From: Desulfatiglandales bacterium
Lineage (GTDB): Bacteria > Desulfobacterota > DSM-4660 > Desulfatiglandales > HGW-15
Assembly: GCA_963667015.2 (NCBI GenBank)
Contig: CAXXJJ010000004.1
Location: 2,336,001 to 2,400,000, forward strand
Reading direction: 5' to 3'
Length of the DNA stretch: 64,000 nucleotides
Shown here: one piece after another, positions 40,701 to 50,123 of the stretch
How positions within the stretch are numbered: position 1 is the stretch's first letter
How the letters are laid out: each line of letters starts with the position of its first letter
The notes under the pieces: model-generated
Told to the model about the DNA's origin: nothing
Database searches by the model: none
Seen by the model: only the letters and a program-made list of their open reading frames with translations
Program-made: the position numbers and the translations under genes

Positions 40701-40903
40701 GAGATCAATTGGCCAGGGAATTAATAGCCATCAGACCAGATATTCCCATCATCATCTTCAGTGGCTTTAGTGAAAGATTCAATGAAAAAAGCGCCTTGGA
40801 TATCGGAATCAAAGGCTTTTTGATGAAACCGATCGTACAGGTAGAATTATCCAGGATGGTCCGGAAGGTATTGGACGAGGTCAAAACAGTTATCAAAGAG
40901 TAA
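37748..40903 (+). CDS. Hybrid histidine kinase REC-4xPAS-HK-REC
   Basis: LIVDD/ISDILMP; four PAS/PAC units; LSGGIAHDFNN; GTGLGL; C-terminal REC. Confidence 0.94.
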   Translation: MKTLIVDDREDSRYLLEVLLKGNNHDVETAVNGAEALEKLKTGKIDLIISDILMPVMDGFQLCRIVKSDENLQHIPFIIYTATYTGHQDKEFAVKIGADRFIVKPCDPDMFMQAVHEVITATQNPDTDSKPIPMHEEELLKLYNERLVRKLAQKMLILEKEIQLKQESEKKFRSITENAVDCIFIKDKDRKYTFVNRAMQNLLGLKEEEILGKNPDEIFDLEQEKIVKEVDERTISGETVNETRSMIIEGKKYFLNTIQVPLRMQNGAVIEIMGIVRDITEHKKAEAGLIASEQRWRNILINTPQIGISLNPEGKIIFANIHFLKLTGWSQEEVLGSDWFDMFIPETIREKIRGIFHKIMRQKNTSGFTSYENDIMTKSGELRNISWSNSITKDAKEEIIDVTCLGIDLTERQRAEKALKESEEKYRLLVENQSDMVVKVDTSGRFLFVSPSYCRTFGKTEDELLGQQFIPLVHEEDHASTAKTMEALYSPPHTDFWEQLTMTKDGWRWLSWSYTAIFGEDGNIKEIIGVGRDITERKIAADTISQSENKFRSLFDLSPQAIALTDFNTGELIDVNHKLCELTHYSKDEIIGKSTTEIGFYSDKDRNRFINEFQKSGHINGMEMNFIAKDDSEIKTLAFSRLLDVSGQSLILTIFHDVTFQKKLESSLQQAQKMESIGNLSGGIAHDFNNILFPIVGISEMLMEDFPPESPEYNSAREIFLAARRGSDLVKQILAFSRQSEHRLIPVRIQQILKEIINLSRSAIPTFIDIDYNIQQNCGLAMSDPTQLHQVAMNLITNAYHALEANGGKISVTLKETELGNEDFPGSELIPGKYAEITVADTGCGIDPSLMDKIFDPYFTTKEKGKGTGLGLAVVYGIVKEHHGEIKVYSEIGKGTTIKVFLPLMKTSSESVPHEIRQTLETGTERILLVDDEASIAKVEKLILERLGYQVTMRVSSLEALEVFKAKPNAFDMVISDMNMPNMTGDQLARELIAIRPDIPIIIFSGFSERFNEKSALDIGIKGFLMKPIVQVELSRMVRKVLDEVKTVIKE

Positions 40904-40971
40904 TACGTTCTTAAAAAATAAGCTCTAATGAAATTGGACCAATTAAACTTCAGGCCAGTTAAATTTAACCA

Positions 40972-41163
40972 TTAAGTATACTTTATTTCTATTTCTCTGA
41001 TAAATCCCATAGCAACTAAAATTTCTCCGAGCCTTCTATGCGGCAGGGTTTTGAGGTCTGCCACCATTCGTTGCGATATTGCCCTGCCAAGCTGACATTC
41101 TGCGATATATCCTTTTTCCATAACCAACAGTCCAAAGTTTATGCAATCATCACTTGAAGTCAT
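40972..41163 (-). CDS. Small MshEN-like protein
   Basis: GGAGG RBS; FGLLVMEKGYI..QL.RAI..Q and RLGEILVAMGFI repeats. Confidence 0.65.
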   Translation of the reverse strand: MTSSDDCINFGLLVMEKGYIAECQLGRAISQRMVADLKTLPHRRLGEILVAMGFIREIEIKYT

Positions 41164-41315
41164 TTCCGGGATTATCCTCCATTAAAATGTATTCTGCATG
41201 TGACTGTCATTTGCTTAAAGATCTGAAAATATTAATGATTTAATATAATGGAAATCCATCCTATGAAATATTCTTCAGTTTAAATAATAGAAATCAAACG
41301 CATTTGAAAAGCACA

Positions 41316-41723
41316 CTATCCAAACACAAATTTTATTGCTAATAAAAGTTCTTCTCTTGAAAAAGGTTTTTTAAGCGAATATGAAGCGCCTATCATTTTA
41401 GCGATTTCCAGACATGAGGTTTTGCCTATTCTGCCGCCCCCTGACATTGCGATAATCTTGAGTCGAGGGTATTTTTTATGTAATTCCGCTATAAGCTCGA
41501 TCCCTTCTTTTCCGGGCATATAAATATCGGTAATCAGAACATCTATTGAATATTCATCTATACATTGTGCCGCCTCTTCGCTCTTTAAGCTTGTGTATAC
41601 TTCATATTCATCTATTGCCACCCTCAAATCGCATTTCATCGCATAAAGTATTGCCGGTTCATCATCAATAATTAAAATATTCTTTTTCATATGACTCGCA
41701 CCTTGTTTTTTACGATAAGACAT
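41316..41723 (-). CDS. Single-domain response regulator
   Basis: ILIIDDE, ITDIYMP, AMSGGG, KPF; likely start 41690. Confidence 0.9.
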   Translation of the reverse strand: MSYRKKQGASHMKKNILIIDDEPAILYAMKCDLRVAIDEYEVYTSLKSEEAAQCIDEYSIDVLITDIYMPGKEGIELIAELHKKYPRLKIIAMSGGGRIGKTSCLEIAKMIGASYSLKKPFSREELLLAIKFVFG

Positions 41724-41920
41724 GCATTAATATTCCTGCCATGAATTATACCACATTGAAATAAAATAATTAATGTGCATTTAATATTGTGCATTTTCAA
41801 TGTCTTCATCATTTTATAAAAATGACAGCATCTGTTTGGCTCTTAATTTTTTATTTGTTACAATAAGTTTTTATTTTCATGAACTATTCGGAGATAGTTA
41901 ACTTTTCCATATATACCTGT

Positions 41921-44900
41921 TCAACTCTTAAAAGCATCACGCACTTTAAAGGCAAGCGATTTATGTGAAAAAGGTTTTTGTATAAATTGGACTCCTTCAT
42001 CCAGCACCCCGTGATGGGCAATGACATTAGCAGTGTAACCGGACATGAAAAGTACCTTCAACCCAGGATGTTCTTTTCGCAGTATTCCGGCAAGGTCCCG
42101 CCCGTTCATTCCTGGCATGACAACGTCGGTTATAAGAAGACTAATTTTTCCTGGGTGTTCCTTTGAAATTGTGCATGCCATATCAGGGGTTGATGCTGAA
42201 AGAACCGCGTATCCCAATCTTTCAAGTATTGTCTTTGCAAGCTGCAGTATGGAAGACTCATCTTCAACAACCATAATGGTTTCACCGTTTGCCAGAGGAA
42301 CGGCTTCTTTTACAGACTCATCATTCGGCCTGACAGCTGCCCCGTGCCGGGGCAGATAGATCCTGAAGGTTGTACCTTTTCCGGGTTCACTGTAAACATT
42401 AATAAATCCTTCGTTCTGCTTGACCGTTCCATAGATCATGGCAAGCCCAAGTCCAGTTCCCTTGCCGACATCCTTGGTCGTAAAAAATGGTTCAAAAAGT
42501 TTATCCAGGATGTCTCTGTCCATCCCGCATCCGTCATCACTTACTGCCAGCATCACGTATTCACCTGGAATAAATCCCGGATGCACTTCACAGTATTCAT
42601 CATCAAATAAAACATTATCTGTTTCAATAGTTACCTTTCCTACATCAGAAATAGCATCCCTGGAATTGACACACAGATTTGCAAGGATCTGATCCAGTTG
42701 TGACGGATCGATTTTTACTGCCCAGAGACCTGATAGCGGTTTCCAGGAAAGATCGATGTCTTCGCCAATAAGGTGACGCAGCATTTTAAGCATCCCCTCA
42801 ACAGTTTCATTCAGATCAAGTATTTTGGGTTCAATAGTCTGCTTGCGGGCAAAGGCCAGCAAATGCCTGGTAATATCAGATGAACGCATAGCGGCCTTCA
42901 TTATCTCTCTGAGATCTTCCTGTATGGGATCATCAGATTCTATCTTATCAATAAGCAGTTCAGTATATCCTATTATTACACCCAGCATATTGTTGTAATC
43001 ATGGGCGATGCCTCCGGCCAGCCTTCCCACAGACTCCATCTTCTGGGCTTGAAGAAGCTGGGACCGGAGCATTTCCTGCTCTGCCTCATTTTTTTTCCTC
43101 TTAGTAATATCGGTAAAAACTATTATATTAAGTGCCCCTGTAGTTGCCACGCGGAATTCAATATTTCGAATTCTTCCATCTTTACATGATACGGGAAAAT
43201 CCACAGGGGCTATTTCCGTGCTGTTTTTTCTGGCGTCTTCGGCTGCCTTTTCCCAATCATTCCGAATACTGTGCCTGACAATTTTATCAGGAAAAGCAAG
43301 TTGCCACCATTGTTCCACAGAGGGTATATCTTCCATTGTATAACCGAATATCTCAGTGAATTTTGAATTTAAATAGAGGGTATTACCTTTTTCATCTGAG
43401 ATAACAATCCCCACTGGCGCGATTTCTGCAAATATCTTAAAACGTGACTCGCTTTGGACCAGCGCGGCCTCCCCCTGTTTTCGGGCCTCCTCAATATTCA
43501 TGACTGAAAGGGCATAAGAAAAATCTCCGGCCATCTCATTCAACAGCTCAAGTTCTTCATCATCAATTACAAAGCTCTCCTCGGCAACAACAATCAGATA
43601 CCCTAATAATATATTTTTATGGATCAAAGACACACAAAGTGACTGGCATCCTTTGTATCCCGATACAAGAGGACAGGTTCTGCAAACAGATTGCCGGTCT
43701 TCAACAAGCCGTATGTTATTTTCAGAATCTCTTTTGTCGCAGCAGGCAGGCAATTCTCCCTTTTCGAGAGGTTCCCTTATTTCACTTATGTGGGCAGCCA
43801 GACCTTCCATGCTCCATGATATGGGCTGTTCCCGTTCATCAGTTAAAATAATCATCGCAGATTCATAACCTCTGCTGCCAACCAGCAGACGGCATCCTTC
43901 ACGAATCAGGATTTCTCTGTCATGCTCCCGGACGATCAATTGATTGACATCCCTGATAGCACGAAGAACCTTATTAAGGTGTTCAATCCGTAACATATTG
44001 TTTTTACGTTCTGTTATATCCTCTGCAGCACCTAAAATACCAACGATTTCGCCCCTGTCATTTCTGACCGGTGCTAAAGACAGGCTTACAGGAAAGAGTG
44101 TGCCGTCTTTCTTGAGCCGTAACATTTCTTTGCCTGTAAACGGCTCATCTTCAAGAACAATTCGCCTCAGTTCAATATATTCATCAACTCTGTCTTCAGG
44201 TACAATTGGCAGGGGTTTTCCGATCACTTCTTTTGCGCTCCACCCAAAGATCTTTTCAGAAGATATATTCCAGTTGAGCACAATGCCTCTTGTATCTGTT
44301 GAATAAAGCGCGACAGGTGAGCAGGAGATCATTGCGCGCTGATATTCCTCGCTGTTACGCAGAGCCTCTTCGGCCTTTTTTCTGTCGCTTATATCAACGA
44401 TGGTAGTCACAAAATAGAGAGGGTTGCCTGCGGCATCACGTCGCATTGCAATACTTACATCCCCCCAGATTATCTTTCCGTCTTTATGAACATACCTTTT
44501 TTCGAAACGTTCAGTATCCTTCTCCCCCTTTAAAAGCGGAGCAATAGCCTTTTCTGTAGCTTCAATATCTTCGGGAGGCGTAATATCCTGCCACCTCTTT
44601 CCCGCCAGTTCATTCTGTGTATAACCAAGAAAATCGGTAAATGCCCTGTTTGCATTCACCTTTCCGTCCGGCATGGTTATTGACTTCCCTGCATTTGAGG
44701 CTTCGAACACATACTTAAACCTCTCCATACTTTCATGGAGAGCTGCTGTTTTATGAGCCACCTGCCTTCGCAAGGACCATGTCCAAATTACAGCAAGTAA
44801 TACCAAAAAAAGTAGAGGAACGATAACAAAAGCAGCATCACGAAGTGCAACAATAAAGGATACCGGTTCCGGCCTGTAAACACTGAGCCATTTATCATAA

Positions 44901-46360
44901 ATCTTCCTGTATTCCCCGCTGCTTTCAACCGATTTCAATCCCTCGCTAAAGCGGGCAAGCAGCGCCTTCTGTCCATTTGATACGGCAAAGCAGTATTCTG
45001 CGGAAAGAATAGCTTTTTTGCCGGGAACAAGATTTGTCCATTTGTTCTTATCTATCAGGTAATGTGCTGATACCAGGGAAACAAGGGCGCAGTCGTATTT
45101 GCCCTCTGACAATTCACGAAGAGCATCCTCCTGGTCATCAACTGCTGTTATCTTTTCTTCAAGCCCGTTTTCCAGCACAAAATCATGCAGTAAATCGCCC
45201 TTTTCTACAACAATACTTTTTGCCCTGAGGTCACTGACAGAACCGGGCGGCGGTTCTTCGCCTCTTCTCACAACTGCAACATAATGGCTGACAGAGTGGG
45301 GTTGTGAAAAGTCAAATTTAAGATCACGTGCAGGTGAATAAAACATGCCCTGCATAACATCTATCTTTCCGTTTTCAAGTGCTTCAATCCGTTCAGACCA
45401 TCTACCAAGTCTTATTTCTACATCAAGACTCATTTCACGGGCTATGGCCCTTGTAAGTTCCACATTGTATCCGGCAGGACGTCCTGCTTCATCCATATAT
45501 TCATAGGGCGGATAATTGCGATCTCCCCCTACAAGAATAGGCCTGTCTGACGGGAGTTGCATGGCCGCAAACCACTTGGAATGCAGTCGACGATAGACCC
45601 CGTTTGCCATAACAATAGCTAACCCTTCATTCAAAAGGGCGAGAGTTTCAAGGTCACCTTCACGAACAGCAAAACAGAAATCCTGTCCAAATCCCTCAAC
45701 AGGCTTATCAATTATGTACAGGTCGGTAAGCCCTGTTTTTTCAATCAGACGCAACGCCACAAGTCTCTGCATAACAACCGCATCACATTTGCCCTGTGAT
45801 AGCTCGCTAAGGGCTATTTCGAAGGTGGGCACAGTATGCATTTCAATGCCATGCGCTTCCCTGCGCAGGAACTCCTCGGCATTATCACCTTTCATTACAG
45901 ATACCCTGCGGCCCTTAAGATCGGGAATATCCCTGATGCCGGTTTCATCATTTCTTACAATAATTGCCCCGTGTAAGGTCATGTAGGGGGTGGTGAAATC
46001 AAACAATGCCTCTCGCTCCGGTGTACGTCCGACAAGAGGCAGGGCATCTACTTCGCCCTTCTCAAGCCATCCTCGCACCTCAGGCCATGGTCCTGTGCGA
46101 AAGGTCACATCTCTGCCCATGGCATCCAGAGCAGCACGCATCAGCTCTACTGAAAAGCCCTCGGCATTTCCATGTTCATCAACAACACTGAATGGAGGAT
46201 AATCGATTTCCGCTGCTGAATGTAAAGGCCCTGTTTTAACTGAAGGTGTATATTCCGCAGAAATAGGGGAGGAACTGCATATAATAAAGACAAACAGAAT
46301 TAATCCTGCTGATATCCGATTCAAGACGTCTAATTTTATTCGCTGACATCCAATCCTCAT
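41921..46360 (-). CDS. Hybrid kinase with two periplasmic SBP family-3 domains, PAS x3, GAF, HK, REC
   Basis: Signal peptide; DYPPF/NYPPY SBP repeats; TM; PAS; GAF; LAGGIAHDYNN; GTGLGL; ITDVVMP. Confidence 0.94.
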   Translation of the reverse strand: MRIGCQRIKLDVLNRISAGLILFVFIICSSSPISAEYTPSVKTGPLHSAAEIDYPPFSVVDEHGNAEGFSVELMRAALDAMGRDVTFRTGPWPEVRGWLEKGEVDALPLVGRTPEREALFDFTTPYMTLHGAIIVRNDETGIRDIPDLKGRRVSVMKGDNAEEFLRREAHGIEMHTVPTFEIALSELSQGKCDAVVMQRLVALRLIEKTGLTDLYIIDKPVEGFGQDFCFAVREGDLETLALLNEGLAIVMANGVYRRLHSKWFAAMQLPSDRPILVGGDRNYPPYEYMDEAGRPAGYNVELTRAIAREMSLDVEIRLGRWSERIEALENGKIDVMQGMFYSPARDLKFDFSQPHSVSHYVAVVRRGEEPPPGSVSDLRAKSIVVEKGDLLHDFVLENGLEEKITAVDDQEDALRELSEGKYDCALVSLVSAHYLIDKNKWTNLVPGKKAILSAEYCFAVSNGQKALLARFSEGLKSVESSGEYRKIYDKWLSVYRPEPVSFIVALRDAAFVIVPLLFLVLLAVIWTWSLRRQVAHKTAALHESMERFKYVFEASNAGKSITMPDGKVNANRAFTDFLGYTQNELAGKRWQDITPPEDIEATEKAIAPLLKGEKDTERFEKRYVHKDGKIIWGDVSIAMRRDAAGNPLYFVTTIVDISDRKKAEEALRNSEEYQRAMISCSPVALYSTDTRGIVLNWNISSEKIFGWSAKEVIGKPLPIVPEDRVDEYIELRRIVLEDEPFTGKEMLRLKKDGTLFPVSLSLAPVRNDRGEIVGILGAAEDITERKNNMLRIEHLNKVLRAIRDVNQLIVREHDREILIREGCRLLVGSRGYESAMIILTDEREQPISWSMEGLAAHISEIREPLEKGELPACCDKRDSENNIRLVEDRQSVCRTCPLVSGYKGCQSLCVSLIHKNILLGYLIVVAEESFVIDDEELELLNEMAGDFSYALSVMNIEEARKQGEAALVQSESRFKIFAEIAPVGIVISDEKGNTLYLNSKFTEIFGYTMEDIPSVEQWWQLAFPDKIVRHSIRNDWEKAAEDARKNSTEIAPVDFPVSCKDGRIRNIEFRVATTGALNIIVFTDITKRKKNEAEQEMLRSQLLQAQKMESVGRLAGGIAHDYNNMLGVIIGYTELLIDKIESDDPIQEDLREIMKAAMRSSDITRHLLAFARKQTIEPKILDLNETVEGMLKMLRHLIGEDIDLSWKPLSGLWAVKIDPSQLDQILANLCVNSRDAISDVGKVTIETDNVLFDDEYCEVHPGFIPGEYVMLAVSDDGCGMDRDILDKLFEPFFTTKDVGKGTGLGLAMIYGTVKQNEGFINVYSEPGKGTTFRIYLPRHGAAVRPNDESVKEAVPLANGETIMVVEDESSILQLAKTILERLGYAVLSASTPDMACTISKEHPGKISLLITDVVMPGMNGRDLAGILRKEHPGLKVLFMSGYTANVIAHHGVLDEGVQFIQKPFSHKSLAFKVRDAFKS

Positions 46361-46499
46361 TATTGCCTCGTTTTAATTTTATAATAGGTTATCTTAATTG
46401 CATGTTGGAGTCAACGCACCGACTTAAATGTACTTGTCGCTGTAAATTGTGTATTAATGATCATATCACTGATACATGCATTTCTATGCTGTAAGTTTT

Positions 46500-46747
46500 T
46501 AAATAGTCTTCCGGATATCCTTCTGCTTGACCTGAATTTACCGGTAATGGATGGGCTTGCGGTATTAAAGGCATTGAGAGAACGTGATGACTGTGACGAT
46601 CTACCTGTTATAATATTGACAACCTCAAGCGAACAGAATGACATCGATCATTGTTACAGGTTAGGCGCAAGATCCTTTATCACAAAACTATCCTCTTTTA
46701 CTGAATTTGTAACGATAGCTAAATCTTTTCCTGATTATAAATCTTAA
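46500..46747 (+). pseudogene. N-terminally truncated Rcp1-like response regulator
   Basis: PDILLLDLNLPVMDG..LPVIILTTS..DIDHCYRLGARSFITKL; the first beta-strand acidic pair is absent and upstream codons do not look like REC. Confidence 0.65.
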
Positions 46748-46832
46748 TTTATGAAATAATATAATTTAACCTGAGCACGTTTTTTACCGATTCAAGGATA
46801 GAACCTGCAATAACCTTTTATGAGAGCCTATA

Positions 46833-48203
46833 ATGGATATATATGTAGCAAGACAGCCTATCTTTGATCAGGAAAAAAAGATATTCGGATATGAACTGCT
46901 CTTCAGAGACAGTATGAAAAACGTATTTTCAGGTATAGACGGTAATACTGCAACCTCAAAGGTCCTTTCAAACAGTTTCCTTAATATAGGTATTGAAAAG
47001 CTTATAGGTAGTGTCCATCCAGAAATAACAAAAATCCGGATGGAGCTTTCAGCATTCAGCTATCAGCCGTCAGCTAAAGCTCTGCTTTAAAAGCATTTAG
47101 CCAAAAGCTGAACGCTGACAGCTGACCGCGGCTATTCAAAAACGACAGTTTTTGGATGGGCACTAGGTAAGGGTGTGGCTTTTATCAACTTTACCAGAGA
47201 ACTCCTGATAAATCAGGTCCCCAGACTATTCCCTCATGAACAGCTTGTTATTGAGGTGCTTGAAGATGTGAAAGCCGAGGCTGAAGTGGTTGAATCCTGC
47301 ATTGAGCTGTCGAGACAGGGCTACACAATTGCCCTTGATGATTTTTTATATAATGAAGGGCTGGAACCACTTATTGCAGTAGCAAATATAATAAAGTTTG
47401 ATTTACGTGCCACTCCGCTTGATGAAATTTCAGACATCATAGGAAAAATCAGCAAATACAATCTTAAGCTGTTAGCTGAAAAGGTTGAAACAAACGAAGA
47501 ATTTGATAAGGCCCTTAAAATGGGATTTAGATATTTTCAGGGATATTTTTTCAGTAAGCCTGAAATTGTTGAGGGTAAAGATATTTCACCGGCAAAATTT
47601 AATCTGCTTCAGATAATGGCGGAGGTCAATCAGCCCTATTTTGAGTTTTCAAAAGTAGAGGAGATTATAGCAAGGGATGTCTCTATCTCCTATAAGCTGA
47701 TGAGATATATAAATTCGGCATATTATAAACGGGTTAACGATATATCGTCTATTAAACAGGCAATAGTTCTGCTGGGTGAAAAGGGTATCAGAAGTTTCCT
47801 GTCTCTTATGTCAATGGCCAGGCTTTCAGAAAACAAACCTGATGAACTGGTGCGGAGTTCCATCATTAGAGCAAGGTTCTGTGAATTGATGGCAAATTGT
47901 GTTGAGCCATGTAAAAATGCTACAGAGCTTTTTACATTGGGATTATTCTCCTCAATTGACGCCATTCTGGATGATACAATGGAAAATATTATGTCCAGGC
48001 TCCCACTGTCTGAAAACATCAAGAATGCCCTGGTTGACAATACCGGCGAATTATTTAACTTCCTGGAAATGGCAAAGTGTTATGAAAGGGGAGACTGGGA
48101 TCGGTTTTCAGAATTGGCCATGGATCATAAAATAAATCAGGCCAAACTTCCTGAATGCTTTTTAGAGGCGATATCCTGGGCAGATGCCATAACTTCTATT
48201 TAA
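46833..48203 (+). pseudogene. EAL + HDOD c-di-GMP phosphodiesterase (YuxH/PdeH-like) interrupted by a MITE
   Basis: VARQPIFD..GYELLFR in the first half; AFINF, IEVLE, ALDDF, LAEKVET, FQGYFF and HDOD in the second. Both halves share a frame; removing 159 bp restores a 403-aa ORF (..EKLIGKGVAFINF..). Confidence 0.9.
47011..47163. mobile_element. 153-bp MITE (non-autonomous element)
   Basis: Terminal inverted repeats GTGTCCATCCAGAAA / TTTTTGGATGGGCAC (13/15), flanked by direct repeat TAGGTA (47005-47010, 47164-47169); internal inverted heptamer arrays (NNTCAGC)x4 and (GCTGANN)x3. Confidence 0.9.
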
Positions 48204-48314
48204 TTTTTCTTGATAGTGGATAGTAAGGGCCATTTAATAACCCGCATACTTTTCTTTTCAAGCCGGAATGAGCTGATCTTTGATCTGTTGACTAACACGA
48301 GTTTATCAGTCTCT

Positions 48315-48680
48315 TCATGGTTTAATTGTATTGATCTCCATTGTAGGCACAGGCGCTCTGCTCACCTGTTTCACCATAATATCTTCTTTCAGGGTAAATA
48401 CATCCGACTGTCTGATATCCCTTGAAGATGCTCCCACCTGAAGTTTATACTCCCCTGCCTCAGCCATCCATTAAGAAGAGCCCGTATCAGAACTTGCAAG
48501 GCTGCGCCGGTTAAGGTTGAATGTCAGTGTTTCGGACTCGTCGGGTTTTAAAAGTTTTGTTTTACCAAATGCCTTGAGCCCCTTTACCGGTTTGTTAATC
48601 TTTACTGCCGGGGCTGAAATATAAACCTGGACAATCTCACGACCAGGGATATCATCTTCGTAAACAACCCTTGCAGGGAC
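48315..48680 (-). pseudogene. Decayed 3' copy of the GH3 beta-glucosidase
   Basis: VPARVVYEDDIPGREIVQVYISAPAVKINKP..GSS*WMAEAGEYKLQVGASSRDIRQS..INTIKP* aligns to the C-terminus of 50124-52574, with a 55-codon deletion and TAA at 48471. Confidence 0.88.
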
Positions 48681-49150
48681 GATAATAGACATGGATAAGT
48701 CTTCCCAAAGGCCAGACAATAAATAGAATATTCGCAGGGCTGCTAATCAAATGAAACTCGATTTGATATTATCAGCATGACCTTTCGGATAAAATATACA
48801 CGAAGCTTAAACTCAAGACGGAGTATACGAACTACATTTGTGCTGCCTGAATCCAAAGGTCCAGGAGAACTTGTACGTTTTTTTAAAACTGTTGCTATAG
48901 CGCGAGATTGGATTATTAAGGTACTTAACCGGGAGTATGGTATTAAAATAGTGTCACGTACAACATTGATAATAACAACGATTAATTAACGAATTATCCA
49001 GGTTTACTTTTTAAAATTGCATGGATTTCAAAATGCCTTTATTGGAGTGACATACTTGTTTTTTGGATACGAGATAAGCTTAACATACTTATCTCGTTCC
49101 TGTTATTATCAAATCAGAGCATAAAATCGCCTATATTTTGAATTTAACTA

Positions 49151-49732
49151 TTAAAATGTTTCACCTACTTGCAGTATCCTATCAGTATGCATGCCATAAT
49201 TATGATTTTCATAAAATTTCAAATCACTGATTTCGGTTTCTGCTTTTTCATTTGATTCAGGTAAACTGGGATGAAAACTTCCAAACTTTGGGTTTGAACC
49301 TACCCCTTTAAAGTCAATTCTAATATACTTAACTTCTTGATCTAATAGCTTAAAATCAATTGCATTTTCGCCTTTTTGGGTAGTTCGTTTAATAAGCCCT
49401 GAGATTACCTTCTCTGACGTCACTGAATGTTCTCCTGCACCCAGATCAGCATAAAAATAAGTTTCACCAGAAATAAATTGAACAGTATTATCAATCGTGA
49501 GTGATTGTGCCACAATTCCCATGGTGTTAAAGACCGAGGGGCCTCCGTCTGTCATATAAATAAACACTCTGCCCTTACCATTTGGAATAGCGGGTAAAGT
49601 TGGTGAGAGTTCAGCATATGTTTTCGCATCGCCTATCGCTGAATTTCTCATAATCGCACCCATGCACCCACTGGTCATTATAACGATAAATATCAACGGT
49701 AGAAAAACCAACAGCCTTGATTTCTGATTCAT
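49151..49732 (-). CDS. Lipoprotein, DUF2846-like
   Basis: Lipobox MTSGC; GKGRVFIY..YFYADLGAGEHSV..VKYIR pattern. Confidence 0.65.
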   Translation of the reverse strand: MNQKSRLLVFLPLIFIVIMTSGCMGAIMRNSAIGDAKTYAELSPTLPAIPNGKGRVFIYMTDGGPSVFNTMGIVAQSLTIDNTVQFISGETYFYADLGAGEHSVTSEKVISGLIKRTTQKGENAIDFKLLDQEVKYIRIDFKGVGSNPKFGSFHPSLPESNEKAETEISDLKFYENHNYGMHTDRILQVGETF

Positions 49733-49749
49733 AAATACTCCTTATTTTT

Positions 49750-50052
49750 TTATTTATTAGTATATAGTTTGATAGCCTGTTTATAGAATTGAAGAGCTTT
49801 TTCTTCATCTGTTTGAGCATAGAGGTCTTCTCCTAATTCGAGAAGAATTTTAACCGCTTCATGATTATATTTATCAACAGCGGCCCACAACGCTGTGCAG
49901 TAAAGATCTGGTCTTAGTTTAGTCAGTTTGTATATCTCATTTATATTAGTCCCCCGATTTACCAGAGTTTTTATTTTTTCAGTATCATTATCTACTGCTG
50001 CTTGGGGGAGTGGAGCTATACTTGCATTATTCTGGTATTTTAACAAACTCAA
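49750..50052 (-). CDS. Ankyrin-repeat fragment (possibly pseudogene)
   Basis: PLPQAAVDNDTEKIKTLVNRGTNIN and TALWAAVDKYNHEAVKILLELG; TPR-like tail; no clear start. Confidence 0.55.
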   Translation of the reverse strand: MSLLKYQNNASIAPLPQAAVDNDTEKIKTLVNRGTNINEIYKLTKLRPDLYCTALWAAVDKYNHEAVKILLELGEDLYAQTDEEKALQFYKQAIKLYTNK

Positions 50053-50123
50053 TAACAGTAATGCTATAAAAAAACTGATCAGAAATAATCTCCAATATAC
50101 ATTAAATTGGAATGGATAAATTT

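Noticed and set aside
46767..46793. Second sigma28-like promoter upstream of EAL-HDOD (TAACCTGA-N11-ACCGATTC)
   Set aside because: Too many mismatches in both boxes
48777..48989. 70-aa ORF in the AT-rich insert
   Set aside because: No RBS or recognisable motif; cannot be supported as a gene
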